64,000 bases of DNA from an uncultured Bacteroidota bacterium. Lineage in GTDB: Bacteria; Bacteroidota; Ignavibacteria; UBA10030; UBA6906. The stretch is taken from NCBI GenBank assembly GCA_963734955.1, contig CAVTJO010000011.1:70228-134227 (forward strand). Reading direction: 5' to 3'. Below the pieces are notes generated by a model, which was given only the letters and a program-made list of their open reading frames with translations, did not search any database and had not been told where the DNA came from. The position numbers were made by a program, and so were the translations under genes. Below, piece after piece: positions 1 through 9,236 of this stretch. Every line of letters starts with the position of its first letter. Position 1 is the stretch's first letter.

Positions 1-151
1 TGTTTGTGGCAGGGATTCGGTTCGAGGAACGACAACGTCCAGAGGAGGCCGGGTAAAATTGGTGGAACGGGCTAAATGCTTGTGGATAGCTGGCCTATCC
101 GAATTATCATTTTATCCTTGTTCCCATAATGGGAACTTTGTATATTGCGAC

Positions 152-445
152 GTGAGAATAATAGCCATCAAAACACTAAGAGAGTTTTGGACTAGAAACA
201 GGGGTGCGGAGCAGCCATTACGAGCATGGTACCATGAAGCCAAGAAGGCAAAATGGACAAGCCCAACCCAGATCAAGGCCCACTATCGAAGCGCGAGTAT
301 CCTGAAGAACAATAGGGTTGTCTTCAACATGGCGGGAAACAAGTATCGACTAGTTGTCAGGATGCATTATCAGATTGGGATTGTCTACATTCGGTTTATT
401 GGTACTCATGTGGAGTACGACCAAATACATGCGGAGGAGATATGA
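152..445 (+). CDS. higB: type II toxin HigB (RelE/ParE-superfamily mRNA interferase)
   Basis: The ORF is listed as 59..445. Its product matches the HigB_toxin family motifs (IKTLREFW, AEQPLRAWYHEAKKAKW, ILKNNRVVFN, GNKYRLVV, YIRFIGTHVEYDQI). An in-frame GTG at 152 gives the usual ~97 aa length. It overlaps the downstream HTH antitoxin gene by 4 bp. Confidence 0.8.
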   Translation: MRIIAIKTLREFWTRNRGAEQPLRAWYHEAKKAKWTSPTQIKAHYRSASILKNNRVVFNMAGNKYRLVVRMHYQIGIVYIRFIGTHVEYDQIHAEEI

Positions 446-813
446 AACCAAAGTACACGAAGTATGTGAAACCGATTCGCACGAAGAAGGATTATGAAGC
501 TACCCTTTTGGTAATTGATGGACTCTTCGATGCAAAGAAGGATAGCCCAGAGGGTACTCTGCTTGAGGTCTTATCGGTACTTGTCGAACGATACGAACAG
601 GAACATTTCCCAATAGAAGCTCCCAATCCGGTTGAGGCAATTAAGTTCAGAATGGAGCAACTTGGTTGGACCAGTAAAGAGCTTATACCTATTCTCGGAA
701 GCAAGAGCCGTGTTTCGGAGATATTCAGCCGGAAGCGCAATCTCTCATTGGAGATGATTAGGGCGCTCCACAGACAAATGGGTGTTCCAGCGGAATCGTT
801 AATAGGAACTTAG
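442..813 (+). CDS. higA: antitoxin HigA (XRE-family HTH)
   Basis: This 123 aa protein has a C-terminal HTH segment (GWTSKELIPILGSKSRVSEIFSRKRNLSLEMIRALHRQMGV) typical of HigA. Its start overlaps the higB stop (ATGA). Confidence 0.8.
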   Translation: MKPKYTKYVKPIRTKKDYEATLLVIDGLFDAKKDSPEGTLLEVLSVLVERYEQEHFPIEAPNPVEAIKFRMEQLGWTSKELIPILGSKSRVSEIFSRKRNLSLEMIRALHRQMGVPAESLIGT

Positions 814-837
814 CCCCGGGTCGGACTCAGCCGGTAA

Positions 838-900
838 TTCTAGCTCGACAAAAGTTGTGCGCATTAAAAAGTTGGGCTGTCTGCGCCCGCAGAAACCCCG
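838..900. repeat. short repeat unit A of a local family (ctcgacaRaagttgtgcgcR..aaaagttgggtcg)
   Basis: The sequence ctcgacaaaagttgtgcgcattaaaaagttgggctg recurs at 2424..2462 (ctcgacagaagttgtgcgcgtccaaaagtttgggtcg). It also shares its core with the longer unit B copies. Confidence 0.55.
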
Positions 901-931
901 AACGAAAGCGTGCGCGACCTAACGGCCATGC

Positions 932-1441
932 TCAGTCAGGGCTCAGCGGCGGTCCGAGGAGAGTCATATCATATTTCGCAAAAAGCGGGCCGAGTACCTT
1001 GGGATCAGGTGGGCCACTTCTGGCCGCCGGCCCGAACTCTTCATAAAACCTGTGTCCGCCCCCGGGGGTATAGACTACAATTATCTCGCCCGGCTCATCT
1101 GTCAAATTGAGGAACGTGTGCGGAACTTTGGACGGAAGATAAGCAAAGCCACCTTCCGTCAAGTGAAAAATCTCTTCGCCAATCCTGATTTTGTACTGGC
1201 CTTTCAAAACCTGGATCGTTTCCTCCTGCCTGTGGTGGACATGCAATGGAGGACCTCCTTTCGGTGCCACCTCAACGATGAAGTAGTCGAAGGCTCCCCC
1301 CGTATCTTGGCCCGTCACCTTGAAGACAAGATCCCGGCCAGGGCCGGAAAAGAGTCTCAGTCCTTCGCCTGGACCTAACACCTTGTAAGCTGGGTGTTTG
1401 GCATGCACCGGAGTTTCCGGATCCTGCAGAAGTGTATCCAT
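932..1441 (-). CDS. cupin-domain protein
   Basis: This 169 aa ORF carries a cupin-like His cluster (PLHVHHRQEETIQVL) with the typical two-motif spacing. Confidence 0.6.
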   Translation of the reverse strand: MDTLLQDPETPVHAKHPAYKVLGPGEGLRLFSGPGRDLVFKVTGQDTGGAFDYFIVEVAPKGGPPLHVHHRQEETIQVLKGQYKIRIGEEIFHLTEGGFAYLPSKVPHTFLNLTDEPGEIIVVYTPGGGHRFYEEFGPAARSGPPDPKVLGPLFAKYDMTLLGPPLSPD

Positions 1442-1511
1442 GGTGTCCTCCTCTTGTTCTGGTGATGGTGAAAATATACACCAATGAGGATGAGCGACGC
1501 CTTGACGTTGG

Positions 1512-2120
1512 TTAGGATTTTCTGGGTTTCTCGGTGAGGCGTTTTCTCAGGCGGCTGAGTGATTCAGGCTCGATACTGAGGTAGGAAGCAATATAATGAA
1601 GTGGAACGCGTTGAAAAAGCTGTGGTTGATCCTTCATGAGGAGAACATACTTCTCCTCGGGTGTCCCCAGCTTTGCCATAGAAAGCCGTTTCAATGTGGC
1701 GAAGTGGTTTCGCTGGACTTTCTCGTCATGGAAGGCCTTGTATTTCGGCAACTCCTCGCACACCCGCAGGAAATTCTCTCGTGACAGGAGCAACAACTCG
1801 CTGTCTTCGAGAGCCTGGATGTAGAATATCGAAGGCTTTTCGAGGTGGAAGCTCTCCAGGTCGCCAATCCACCAATCCTCCAAAGCAAACTGGATGATGA
1901 TCTCCTTTTCATTGTCGGCAATAATATATTGTCTGAGGCAACCGCTGTTCACGTATGCGGTTGCCCGCGAGATATCGCCTGCCTGAAGATAATGTTCTTT
2001 CTTCTTGATAATCCTCTTCTTCAGAAGACTACAATAGATTTCATACTCATCGGGGCTAAATCCAGCCTGACTCGTGAGAACGTTTCTTAGCCCGGGTCGT
2101 ATGTGGTCTTCAGTTGCCAA
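1512..2120 (-). CDS. Crp/Fnr-family transcriptional regulator
   Basis: The 202 aa product has an N-terminal cNMP-binding-like beta-roll and a C-terminal HTH (HYIASYLSIEPESLSRLRKRL). Confidence 0.75.
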   Translation of the reverse strand: MATEDHIRPGLRNVLTSQAGFSPDEYEIYCSLLKKRIIKKKEHYLQAGDISRATAYVNSGCLRQYIIADNEKEIIIQFALEDWWIGDLESFHLEKPSIFYIQALEDSELLLLSRENFLRVCEELPKYKAFHDEKVQRNHFATLKRLSMAKLGTPEEKYVLLMKDQPQLFQRVPLHYIASYLSIEPESLSRLRKRLTEKPRKS

Positions 2121-2277
2121 CAGGTAAACTGGGAATTGCGAGTGATATTCGTAGCAATGTATTACGGCAGAACTACCAAGTCAAGCATCGGGTAGTGCCA
2201 AATACTCTTTCGTGGATTGTTGTGACTGGAGCGATGTTCCGGCCCTGTCACCACGCATTTACGAACCCCGACTAACA

Positions 2278-2362
2278 CCCACCGTACAACTCAAGAAATT
2301 GCCGATTCTAGATCGATTTCGTGAATTTCCTCCAGAGTTGTGCGCGCAAAAAAGGTCGGGTC
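2278..2362. repeat. repeat unit B, left copy flanking the hipBST cassette
   Basis: cccaccgtacaactcaagaaattgccgattctagatcgatttcgtgaatttcctccagagttgtgcgcgcaaaaaaggtcgggtcg is about 90% identical to the copy at 4281..4366. Both are in the same orientation. Confidence 0.7.
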
Positions 2363-2423
2363 GAGGCGACGCTACAAATCACAACTCTGAAAGTTCGGGG
2401 TCGGACACCAGCAGTAAATCTAT

Positions 2424-2462
2424 CTCGACAGAAGTTGTGCGCGTCCAAAAGTTTGGGTCGCT
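2424..2462. repeat. repeat unit A, second copy
   Basis: The sequence matches the unit A copy at 838..900. Confidence 0.55.
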
Positions 2463-2493
2463 GGCACCCTACGATTAAGGACCCCGACCTTTA

Positions 2494-2572
2494 CCCCGGT
2501 ACAACTCTGCCGATTCTAAACCGATTTCGTAAACTTCCTCCTGGGTTTTACGCGGCAGAAGTTCGGGTCGCC
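2494..2572. repeat. repeat unit B, diverged internal copy
   Basis: ccccggtacaactctgccgattctaaaccgatttcgtaaacttcctcctgggttttacgcggcagaagttcgggtcg shares the tacaactc, cgattctaaaNcgatttcgtaaa, tcctcc and ttcgggtc blocks with the other unit B copies. Confidence 0.6.
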
Positions 2573-2644
2573 TACGCTACCTCCTACAACAACTTCACCA
2601 TGCGGACTCCAACGGGGTCCCGCCCCTTTCAGGCTGGAGTACAA

Positions 2645-3577
2645 TCAGGTTCTCACAAGGAGTATCTTGGCTCGCTCCAACAAAAGCTCATTGTACTTCC
2701 TCTTCGCCTTATCAGACAGGAAGCTCACTTTGATGATCGGGCCCCATGCATCAATGGCACCTCTTAGGCTTGTCATTACATCATCAACGACAGGCGTCGG
2801 CAAGCCGAGTCGTTCACGGCCAAAGTAGTCAATGAGGGTTGAACGGGAGAGATTTCGCTTCCTGCCGTCGATGGGGAGCGCGATCTCCTCTGAAACGTTT
2901 CCCATCGCAATGGTTGTGTTCAGAAGATCGTATCCAGGAGAAAGCTCATGTTTGCCCTCCCGCGCAATGAGGGAGAAGTTCTTGAGGTGCATATCCTCAT
3001 TGCCGATGAGGTAGTTGAAGAGGGTGAGTCGGAAGAGTTTCACTTTTTCAACCAGCGGAAAGGTGCAGTACCGGTCGATAACGGATATCACCTGCTCCAT
3101 ACTGGAATCGTATTTCGTGTCTCGGCTCTTGCTCGCAAGCTGGGCAAAGTCCTCAACAAGAATCCTCCTTCGACCTTCCCGATCAAACCGTTTAATGAAG
3201 TATGTGAGAGATTTGTCCTTAGAGTAAAGCAACCCATGAAGCGGTATCTCGATCCCGATCGATGCTGCAAGCCGCATCGACAGATCTTCATTCTGCGGAA
3301 CTTCTGGATAGTTGCTTTGAGGCTTCAGTATGTATTCTCCGCCTACATCCACAATCTCAAAGGTACCTTGCTGCACATTGAGCCGGCAACTCAACTTTGG
3401 CTGCAATCCCTGAATCGACATCTTTGAGGCCCTGGCGACGGCCTCCTGCTGTTGCTCCTCGGCTGAATAGGGGAGTACCTCAAGGTCTTTCAGGCGTGGC
3501 GACAGAGACCGTAGCCCTCTCGCTGAGTAGTGGGACCCCTCGGGGATTTCTTCGTAGGTTATCAGACAGCGATTCAT
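2645..3577 (-). CDS. hipT: HipT-like Ser/Thr kinase toxin (HipA C-terminal kinase core, short form)
   Basis: The 310 aa product has a HipA_C catalytic loop (FNYLIGNEDMHLKNFSL). It lacks the HipA N-terminal subdomain, which is encoded separately just upstream with a 4-bp overlap. Confidence 0.8.
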   Translation of the reverse strand: MNRCLITYEEIPEGSHYSARGLRSLSPRLKDLEVLPYSAEEQQQEAVARASKMSIQGLQPKLSCRLNVQQGTFEIVDVGGEYILKPQSNYPEVPQNEDLSMRLAASIGIEIPLHGLLYSKDKSLTYFIKRFDREGRRRILVEDFAQLASKSRDTKYDSSMEQVISVIDRYCTFPLVEKVKLFRLTLFNYLIGNEDMHLKNFSLIAREGKHELSPGYDLLNTTIAMGNVSEEIALPIDGRKRNLSRSTLIDYFGRERLGLPTPVVDDVMTSLRGAIDAWGPIIKVSFLSDKAKRKYNELLLERAKILLVRT

Positions 3578-3885
3578 GGCATTTCTTTGACGGTAACTGC
3601 ACCGACAAGGTCATCACCTACAGCAAGGAGCTGACCAAAGAAATCATCCTTATCGAGCTTCTTCTGGCGCAAGAGACCGTCCAACATCACTCCTTCCGGA
3701 AGAACACCTTCAAAGAAGGGTGGGAAGTGCTCGAATCTGAAATTATTTTGGGCGACGGGCATTGTCAACGAGACCGGGTCGCCATGGTAGCCATGAAAAT
3801 ACTTGAACGCATACTCTGATCCGCGCTTGAGTTCCTCAAGCACTCCTGCCTCGACTCCGTTAACGAATACCTTAGCTCGTCTCAC
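3574..3885 (-). CDS. hipS: HipS-like protein (free-standing HipA N-terminal subdomain, putative antitoxin)
   Basis: This 103 aa product matches HipA_N/Couple_hipA (VFVNGVEAGVLEE...FKYFHGY...SLTMPV...FFEGVLPEG). It overlaps hipT by 4 bp and the HTH gene by 14 bp. Confidence 0.75.
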   Translation of the reverse strand: MRRAKVFVNGVEAGVLEELKRGSEYAFKYFHGYHGDPVSLTMPVAQNNFRFEHFPPFFEGVLPEGVMLDGLLRQKKLDKDDFFGQLLAVGDDLVGAVTVKEMP

Positions 3886-4117
3886 CGGGCACCTGCTTCA
3901 TATATTCTTCCATTAAAGGGCTTTCAATCTTGATCGTGATGTTCAGTGCGTGAAGTATCTTTCCCAGTGTGTCAAGTTGGATTGATTTCTTCCCTTTCTC
4001 AAGATCGAAGACTGCTGTTTTGCCGATACCGGCCAACCTTGCCAGTTCTTGTTGGGTCAGGCCTGCTTTCTTTCTATGGTACCTGACTATTTCGCCTATC
4101 GCTCTGATCGAGTCCAT
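3872..4117 (-). CDS. hipB: HipB-like XRE-family HTH regulator
   Basis: The ORF is listed as 3872..4189. The HTH is QQELARLAGIGKTAVFDLEKGKKS. Internal Met25 (MDSIRAIGE) gives the expected ~81 aa. It is the first gene of the minus-strand three-gene operon. Confidence 0.7.
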   Translation of the reverse strand: MDSIRAIGEIVRYHRKKAGLTQQELARLAGIGKTAVFDLEKGKKSIQLDTLGKILHALNITIKIESPLMEEYMKQVPGETS

Positions 4118-4280
4118 TATTTTTACTGGTTTAGCGGTATCCAGGAAACAATTCAATCCAATAATACTGCTTTGGCGGTATTTTGTCAAGCATAATCTTG
4201 GTATAGCGGTAATCTGAGTCGGTTGCGTTGATTTTTACTGCTATGGCAGGAAAATAAATGGCCGCAAACTACGAACTATA

Positions 4281-4366
4281 CCCACCGTACAACTCACGTA
4301 ATTGTCGATTCTAAATCGATTTCGTAAATCTCCTCCAGAGTTGTGCGCGCAAAAAAGTTCGGGTCC
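4281..4366. repeat. repeat unit B, right copy flanking the hipBST cassette
   Basis: cccaccgtacaactcacgtaattgtcgattctaaatcgatttcgtaaatctcctccagagttgtgcgcgcaaaaaagttcgggtcc is a direct repeat of 2278..2362. Confidence 0.7.
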
Positions 4367-5083
4367 CCGCTACCAGCAAAAGAGGGTAAACTGCTTTGAG
4401 AGAAGCGCATACCCTTCTTCTTTTCTGGGAGTTGGTACAAAATAGATACAAACTATTTGGACTACCCGGAATTCCGTAATCACGCTGCATCCCGTTCCTT
4501 TCTCCGGTCCCACGCAGCTCATGCAACATACATCTTGATCGCTGTGAGCGAGATTCGGGGGCGTGTCTTCTTGCAGATCTCAACGAGCTTGCTGTTCGGC
4601 TCCTTAATCCTTGACGCGGATTGTTTCTCGCACGTTCGTGTATGCACCTTTTACCAATTGTAGTGCCCTCCTGGGTATAGTATCAGGCTGTTAGTTAGTT
4701 GGTTTCACGAATTTCTTCTTGAGCTCTCCCAAGTCACCCGTTGGCTGTATTGCCAGATCTTTGCATCGGCGCCTCGGGTGAGTCTGACTGTTGCTGATTG
4801 TCTGAAAATAGGAGATCTGAAGGAGTGGACAAACCAAACCGACGTACAACAGCGAAGTCAACAGTCATGCTATCCCACAAAATTGTGCAAGAGGCCATAG
4901 GGCGACCCTCCAACGATCCTATGTAACCCCGAAGTTCCTTTTCACCCGAAGTTTAATCCGTTGGGTTGGTTCTGGCTGCCTACTGTATTGAGAGTTCGAA
5001 CCGTTGGGATCGAACGATAGGGAGCGGTTTCCCACGTACATTTGTCGAAGGTTGTATTGTCAAAATCACACAGAGAGGACACC

Positions 5084-7387
5084 ATGAAATCACGCAACAA
5101 GATCTTCGTTTTGGCGGCTCTTTTTGCCGCTATCGTTCGTTCTTCGCCCGGGCAGGAGCCGGGTCCGACAGGGACGATCAACGGCATCATAACAGACTCG
5201 GAGTCCCGGCAACCCCTGCCGGGTGCAAACGTGATTCTGAAGGGAACACGGCTGGGCTCCACTTCCAATGCCGCCGGGAGATATGAAATCACCAAAGTCC
5301 CGGTGGGTACCCATACGGTTGTCTTCAGCTCCCTCGGCTATGAAAAGCTGTCGAAGACGGACGTCATCGTGAGCTCCGATCGAACTTCCAGTGTCAATGG
5401 AGATCTGAGACCATCACCAGTCGTCATTGACAGCGTTGTCGTCACAGCCGGCTATTTCTCGCGCATCGATGCCCAGCCGGTCAGCGCTGCCACGTTTTCC
5501 GCAGAAGAAATCCGTCGTCAGGCCGGCTCGGCCGGGGATATCAGTAGGGTCCTGTTCGGCCTGCCATCCCTGGCAAGGATCAATGACTCGAGAAACAGTC
5601 TCATTGTCCGTGGCGGAAGTCCCATGGAGAATGGTTTCTACCTGGACAACATCGAAATCCCTAACATCAATCATTTCCCTGTGCAGGGTTCATCGGACGG
5701 TCCCATCGGACTGGTCAACGTGGAATTCGTCCGTGACGTGAATTTCTATTCGGGTGGATTTTCCCCCATGTATGGCGACAGGCTCTCCTCCGTCATGGAA
5801 ATGGCGTTTCGGGAAGGCAACCGCGACAGATTCCAGATGCAGATGGAGATGAGCATGCAGGGGCTGGGAACGGTGTTGGAAGGGCCTGTCGATAACGGGA
5901 AGGGTTCCTGGTTCCTTTCTGCACGACGCAGCTATCTTGACCTGATCTTTCATTCCATTGACTTCAACGGTCCCATCCCCGTCTACGGCGACCTCCAGGG
6001 CAAGTTTATCTATGATCTCTCAGACAAACACAAGCTCTCCATCGTCAGCCTCATGGCAACCGACAATATCTCACAGACCAGGGAAGATGCCCTCAAGCAG
6101 AAGAACAGTATCTACCCGGACTACAGCTTGTTAAACAGCACAGTAGGAATGAACTGGCAATATCTCTGGAGTGAGAAAGGATATTCTGAGTTCTCATTAG
6201 CGCACACGATGATGAAGTCCGACGGAGACTACCACGAAACACTGACCGGATTCCATCTCCTGGATAACCAGTCGAATGAGCAGGAATACAAATTCCGGAA
6301 CAACAACCACATCCGCTTTAACTCTTCACACGCGACTGACTTCGGAATGGATGCGAAATACCTGTCCACCACAGACACGCAGCTGTTTTCCGAATACACA
6401 GATCGACTGGGGAATCTCACCCCTCCCATGAAGGTGGATGCACGCATCAGGGCGGTGAAGGCAGGTGCGTTCCTGAGACACAACTGGAGGATTCTGGATG
6501 ATCTCACGCTGGCCCCCGGCGCAAGGTTTGACTATTTCGAACTCAACAACCGCAGTCATGTTTCCCCACGTCTTTCTGCGACGTACGATCTCAGTGGTGT
6601 CACGTCGCTCACTGCCTCGGTCGGGCTCTTCTATCAGAACCTGCCCATCGTGCTTCTTGACCAGAAGGAAGAATTCCGACAGCTCCGCGATCCCCGTGCG
6701 TATCACTATGTGCTCGGTCTCAGCCATCTTCTTACGGCGGACACCCGGCTCACGGCGGAAGTGTACGACAAGGAATACCGGGATTGTCCCATGGATCCCA
6801 CCCAGGCCGAGCTCTTTGTTCTGGACGAATCGGTGGATGCAGGACTTTTCATGAACCATGAGCGTCTGACAGACAACGGCCGGGCATTCAGCCGGGGGGT
6901 CGAGGTGATGGTTCAGAAGAAGCTGGCGGAGAATTTTTATGGCGTCGTTTCGGGCTCATACTTCCGATCGAGGTACCGGGATCTGAACGGCACCTGGAGA
7001 GACCGGTTGTACGACAACAAAATCACCGCGACCATCGAGGGGGGCTACATACCGAACGCAGATTGGGAGTTCAGTGCCCGGTGGCTCTTTGCCGGTGGAG
7101 CCCCATACACACCCTTTAACGAAGAGGCTTCCGCCAAACTCCACAGAGGTGTGTACGAGAGGACGAGTGTCAATGAGAGCCGTCTCCCGAACTACCATTC
7201 CTTGAACGTTCGCGCAGACCGGAGGTTCCATTTCAGTACCTCCACACTCATTGTCTACCTCAGCGTCTGGAACGCGTACGGCAGACAGAATGTCTCGAAG
7301 TACACCTGGAATGAGATCGATAACAAGAGAGAACCGGAAAAAATGTGGGGCACCTTCCCCGTGTTCGGGATCGAGTACAAATTCTAA
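5084..7387 (+). CDS. TonB-dependent outer-membrane receptor with N-terminal carboxypeptidase-regulatory-like domain
   Basis: The signal peptide is MKSRNKIFVLAALFAAIV. A CarbopepD_reg-like segment (GTINGIITDSE...GANVILKG..RLGSTSNAAGRYEI) and a plug-like region are followed by a long predicted beta-barrel that ends in EYKF. An RBS-like agaggaca precedes the ATG at 5084. Confidence 0.8.
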   Translation: MKSRNKIFVLAALFAAIVRSSPGQEPGPTGTINGIITDSESRQPLPGANVILKGTRLGSTSNAAGRYEITKVPVGTHTVVFSSLGYEKLSKTDVIVSSDRTSSVNGDLRPSPVVIDSVVVTAGYFSRIDAQPVSAATFSAEEIRRQAGSAGDISRVLFGLPSLARINDSRNSLIVRGGSPMENGFYLDNIEIPNINHFPVQGSSDGPIGLVNVEFVRDVNFYSGGFSPMYGDRLSSVMEMAFREGNRDRFQMQMEMSMQGLGTVLEGPVDNGKGSWFLSARRSYLDLIFHSIDFNGPIPVYGDLQGKFIYDLSDKHKLSIVSLMATDNISQTREDALKQKNSIYPDYSLLNSTVGMNWQYLWSEKGYSEFSLAHTMMKSDGDYHETLTGFHLLDNQSNEQEYKFRNNNHIRFNSSHATDFGMDAKYLSTTDTQLFSEYTDRLGNLTPPMKVDARIRAVKAGAFLRHNWRILDDLTLAPGARFDYFELNNRSHVSPRLSATYDLSGVTSLTASVGLFYQNLPIVLLDQKEEFRQLRDPRAYHYVLGLSHLLTADTRLTAEVYDKEYRDCPMDPTQAELFVLDESVDAGLFMNHERLTDNGRAFSRGVEVMVQKKLAENFYGVVSGSYFRSRYRDLNGTWRDRLYDNKITATIEGGYIPNADWEFSARWLFAGGAPYTPFNEEASAKLHRGVYERTSVNESRLPNYHSLNVRADRRFHFSTSTLIVYLSVWNAYGRQNVSKYTWNEIDNKREPEKMWGTFPVFGIEYKF

Positions 7388-7448
7388 CCTATCACCGCGA
7401 TGAAGGAGAAGATCGCCTGGCTCATCAGCGGGTTTGCCGTGGCGCTGA

Positions 7449-8642
7449 CTATTCTGTTCCTTCTTGCCGCGCTGCGCCTGTTGTAGAACTGCCGGATGCC
7501 GGAGTGTGAGACTCTGTGAACCGGGAAGGAGTCATCCCGCTGTGTTTCTTGAAGATCGTGTTGAATGACGTTTTGGAGGTGAACCCGGAATCGAACGCAA
7601 TGGAGAGGAGGCTGTATTTCGCGGCATCGCCGGCCTGCAGCCTTCGCTTCACCTCGTTCACGCGGTAGGAGTTCACGAAGTCATAGAAGCTCTGCTTCAG
7701 CCGGGTGTTCATGGTTTCCGAGAGATTGTGGGGCGACACGGAGATCGATTCCGCCAGCCCGGCCAGGGTGAGATCTCCGCTCAGATATGGTTTGTCCTTC
7801 CCCATGCGTTCCTGCAGCCTGGTGAGGATCTCGTCGGCCGAAGAGTCACTGAGACCCGATTTCTCGTACTGGGGCTCTTTGGCCGTTTCTCTCCCCGTTT
7901 CCGTCACATCATCGCCTTTCGACTGTCGGAACACCTCCGGCTGATTCAGCCCCATATAGCCTATCGTATAGATCAGGAGTGAAACACAGAAGTAGACTGC
8001 CGTGTTGAATCCCTGGGTCTGGAGATGAAGCACGCCGGAAACCAAGGCACCTATGATCACAATGGACCAGATGATGGCAACGCCGATCGTGAGTGATCGG
8101 AGCCAGAGGAGGTTAATCCGGTCGATGTTTGAAAACACATCCCGTATGCGCCTGTTGTGCCGGGCAAGCATGCGAATGGTGAGAACGGTGTAGAGGAGGC
8201 CGTACAGAGGCAGGAGTTTTTCGATAACACTGAAACCCGGCGGCGGGTCCGTGTTCATTTGGCGGATGAACTCGATCTTTTCCGGTCCGGTAAGGAAGTA
8301 GACCCAGGATGAATACACCAGAATGACAAGGGCCGGAAGGAAATGGAGAGCGTCCTTCCGCTTCAGCTTCCGCCTTACGGTCGTCAACAGGAGAACATAC
8401 AGGTAGAATAGAGGGCCATAAAGGAATGGGAAGACAAAGGTGATTCCCATCAGGTGGGGATATTCATAGTACAGAGTGTTGATATAGTAGACTGCCTGGA
8501 GGAGGTCCAGGGAAAGTGTGCCAACGAGCATGCAAAGAACGGCGTTCGCTGCGTGGTTCTGCTTCCGGATGAACAGCAGAATCGCCAGAAGAAATCCCTG
8601 GACTGATGCCAGGAGGAAGATATGTGTGAAGACTGAGTTCAT
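7449..8642 (-). CDS. membrane-anchored AraC-family transcriptional regulator
   Basis: About 7 N-terminal TM helices are followed by a C-terminal AraC HTH (LAGLAESISVSPHNLSETMN...SIAFDSGFTSKTSFNTIFKK). Confidence 0.75.
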   Translation of the reverse strand: MNSVFTHIFLLASVQGFLLAILLFIRKQNHAANAVLCMLVGTLSLDLLQAVYYINTLYYEYPHLMGITFVFPFLYGPLFYLYVLLLTTVRRKLKRKDALHFLPALVILVYSSWVYFLTGPEKIEFIRQMNTDPPPGFSVIEKLLPLYGLLYTVLTIRMLARHNRRIRDVFSNIDRINLLWLRSLTIGVAIIWSIVIIGALVSGVLHLQTQGFNTAVYFCVSLLIYTIGYMGLNQPEVFRQSKGDDVTETGRETAKEPQYEKSGLSDSSADEILTRLQERMGKDKPYLSGDLTLAGLAESISVSPHNLSETMNTRLKQSFYDFVNSYRVNEVKRRLQAGDAAKYSLLSIAFDSGFTSKTSFNTIFKKHSGMTPSRFTESHTPASGSSTTGAARQEGTE

Positions 8643-8915
8643 TGTACGATGGTAGTAAACTGATCCACGAAATCACGACACCAAATGCAGGTGGCGAGGA
8701 AAAGGGTTAAGAAAGTGTTGACACAGCGACACTTCGCGTGGTTCTTCCCCCAATCCAACATTGACAGTCGCTTGCGTAATGAAGGAAAAGACAAATTCAC
8801 ATGCTGCAGCATTCATTCCGTCGCTCGCACCATCCATCAATACTGTCCTTGTGGGTCGGCGGGCGGTGGAGCCGTGATAGTGTCCACTGTCCCCGAAGGA
8901 TACGTCCAAGGCCCG

Positions 8916-9236
8916 TCAGCCCACGTTGTCGAGGTAAAGAGTTGATACCTGGTTGGATCGGGCCCAAGGTCGGAAGCGGGTTCCCATTGGAATCGGAATG
9001 TCGTGCCAATTCGAAGCGTGTCGCCATCGCGTGGAGACAGCAACTGAAACGCATGAATCGCTCGGCCACCACCGCTTGCGGTGAAGAAGATAGCACCCGA
9101 ATCTCCAACTGCGAAGCCGCAAGAGGTTATACACCATCAACGTCACGTGACCTTGCCGAACAATGACGAATGAAATCGTTGTACGCGGATTAAACGGATT
9201 CGGACGGTTCTGGTACAGTGAAAACTCCTTCGGCAA
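8916..9236 (-). pseudogene. remnant of a T9SS C-terminal-domain-encoding gene
   Basis: The minus-strand translation at 9236..9130 reads [33 protein letters not shown], the first half of a T9SS CTD. It then degenerates. No upstream body is present and no intact ORF remains in 8650..9290. Confidence 0.4.

Noticed and set aside
2212-2767. Plus-strand ORFs of 88 and 148 aa
   Set aside because: They are translations of the unit A and unit B repeat DNA between crp and hipT. Their repetitive peptide content mirrors the nucleotide repeats. No coding signal was seen.
4940-5010. GTTCGAA-containing stretch resembling a tRNA T-loop
   Set aside because: The flanking sequence does not form a 5-bp T-stem, and no acceptor or anticodon arms can be drawn. 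I found no tRNA in the window.
6326-6859. 177-aa minus-strand ORF
   Set aside because: It lies inside and antisense to the TonB-dependent receptor gene.
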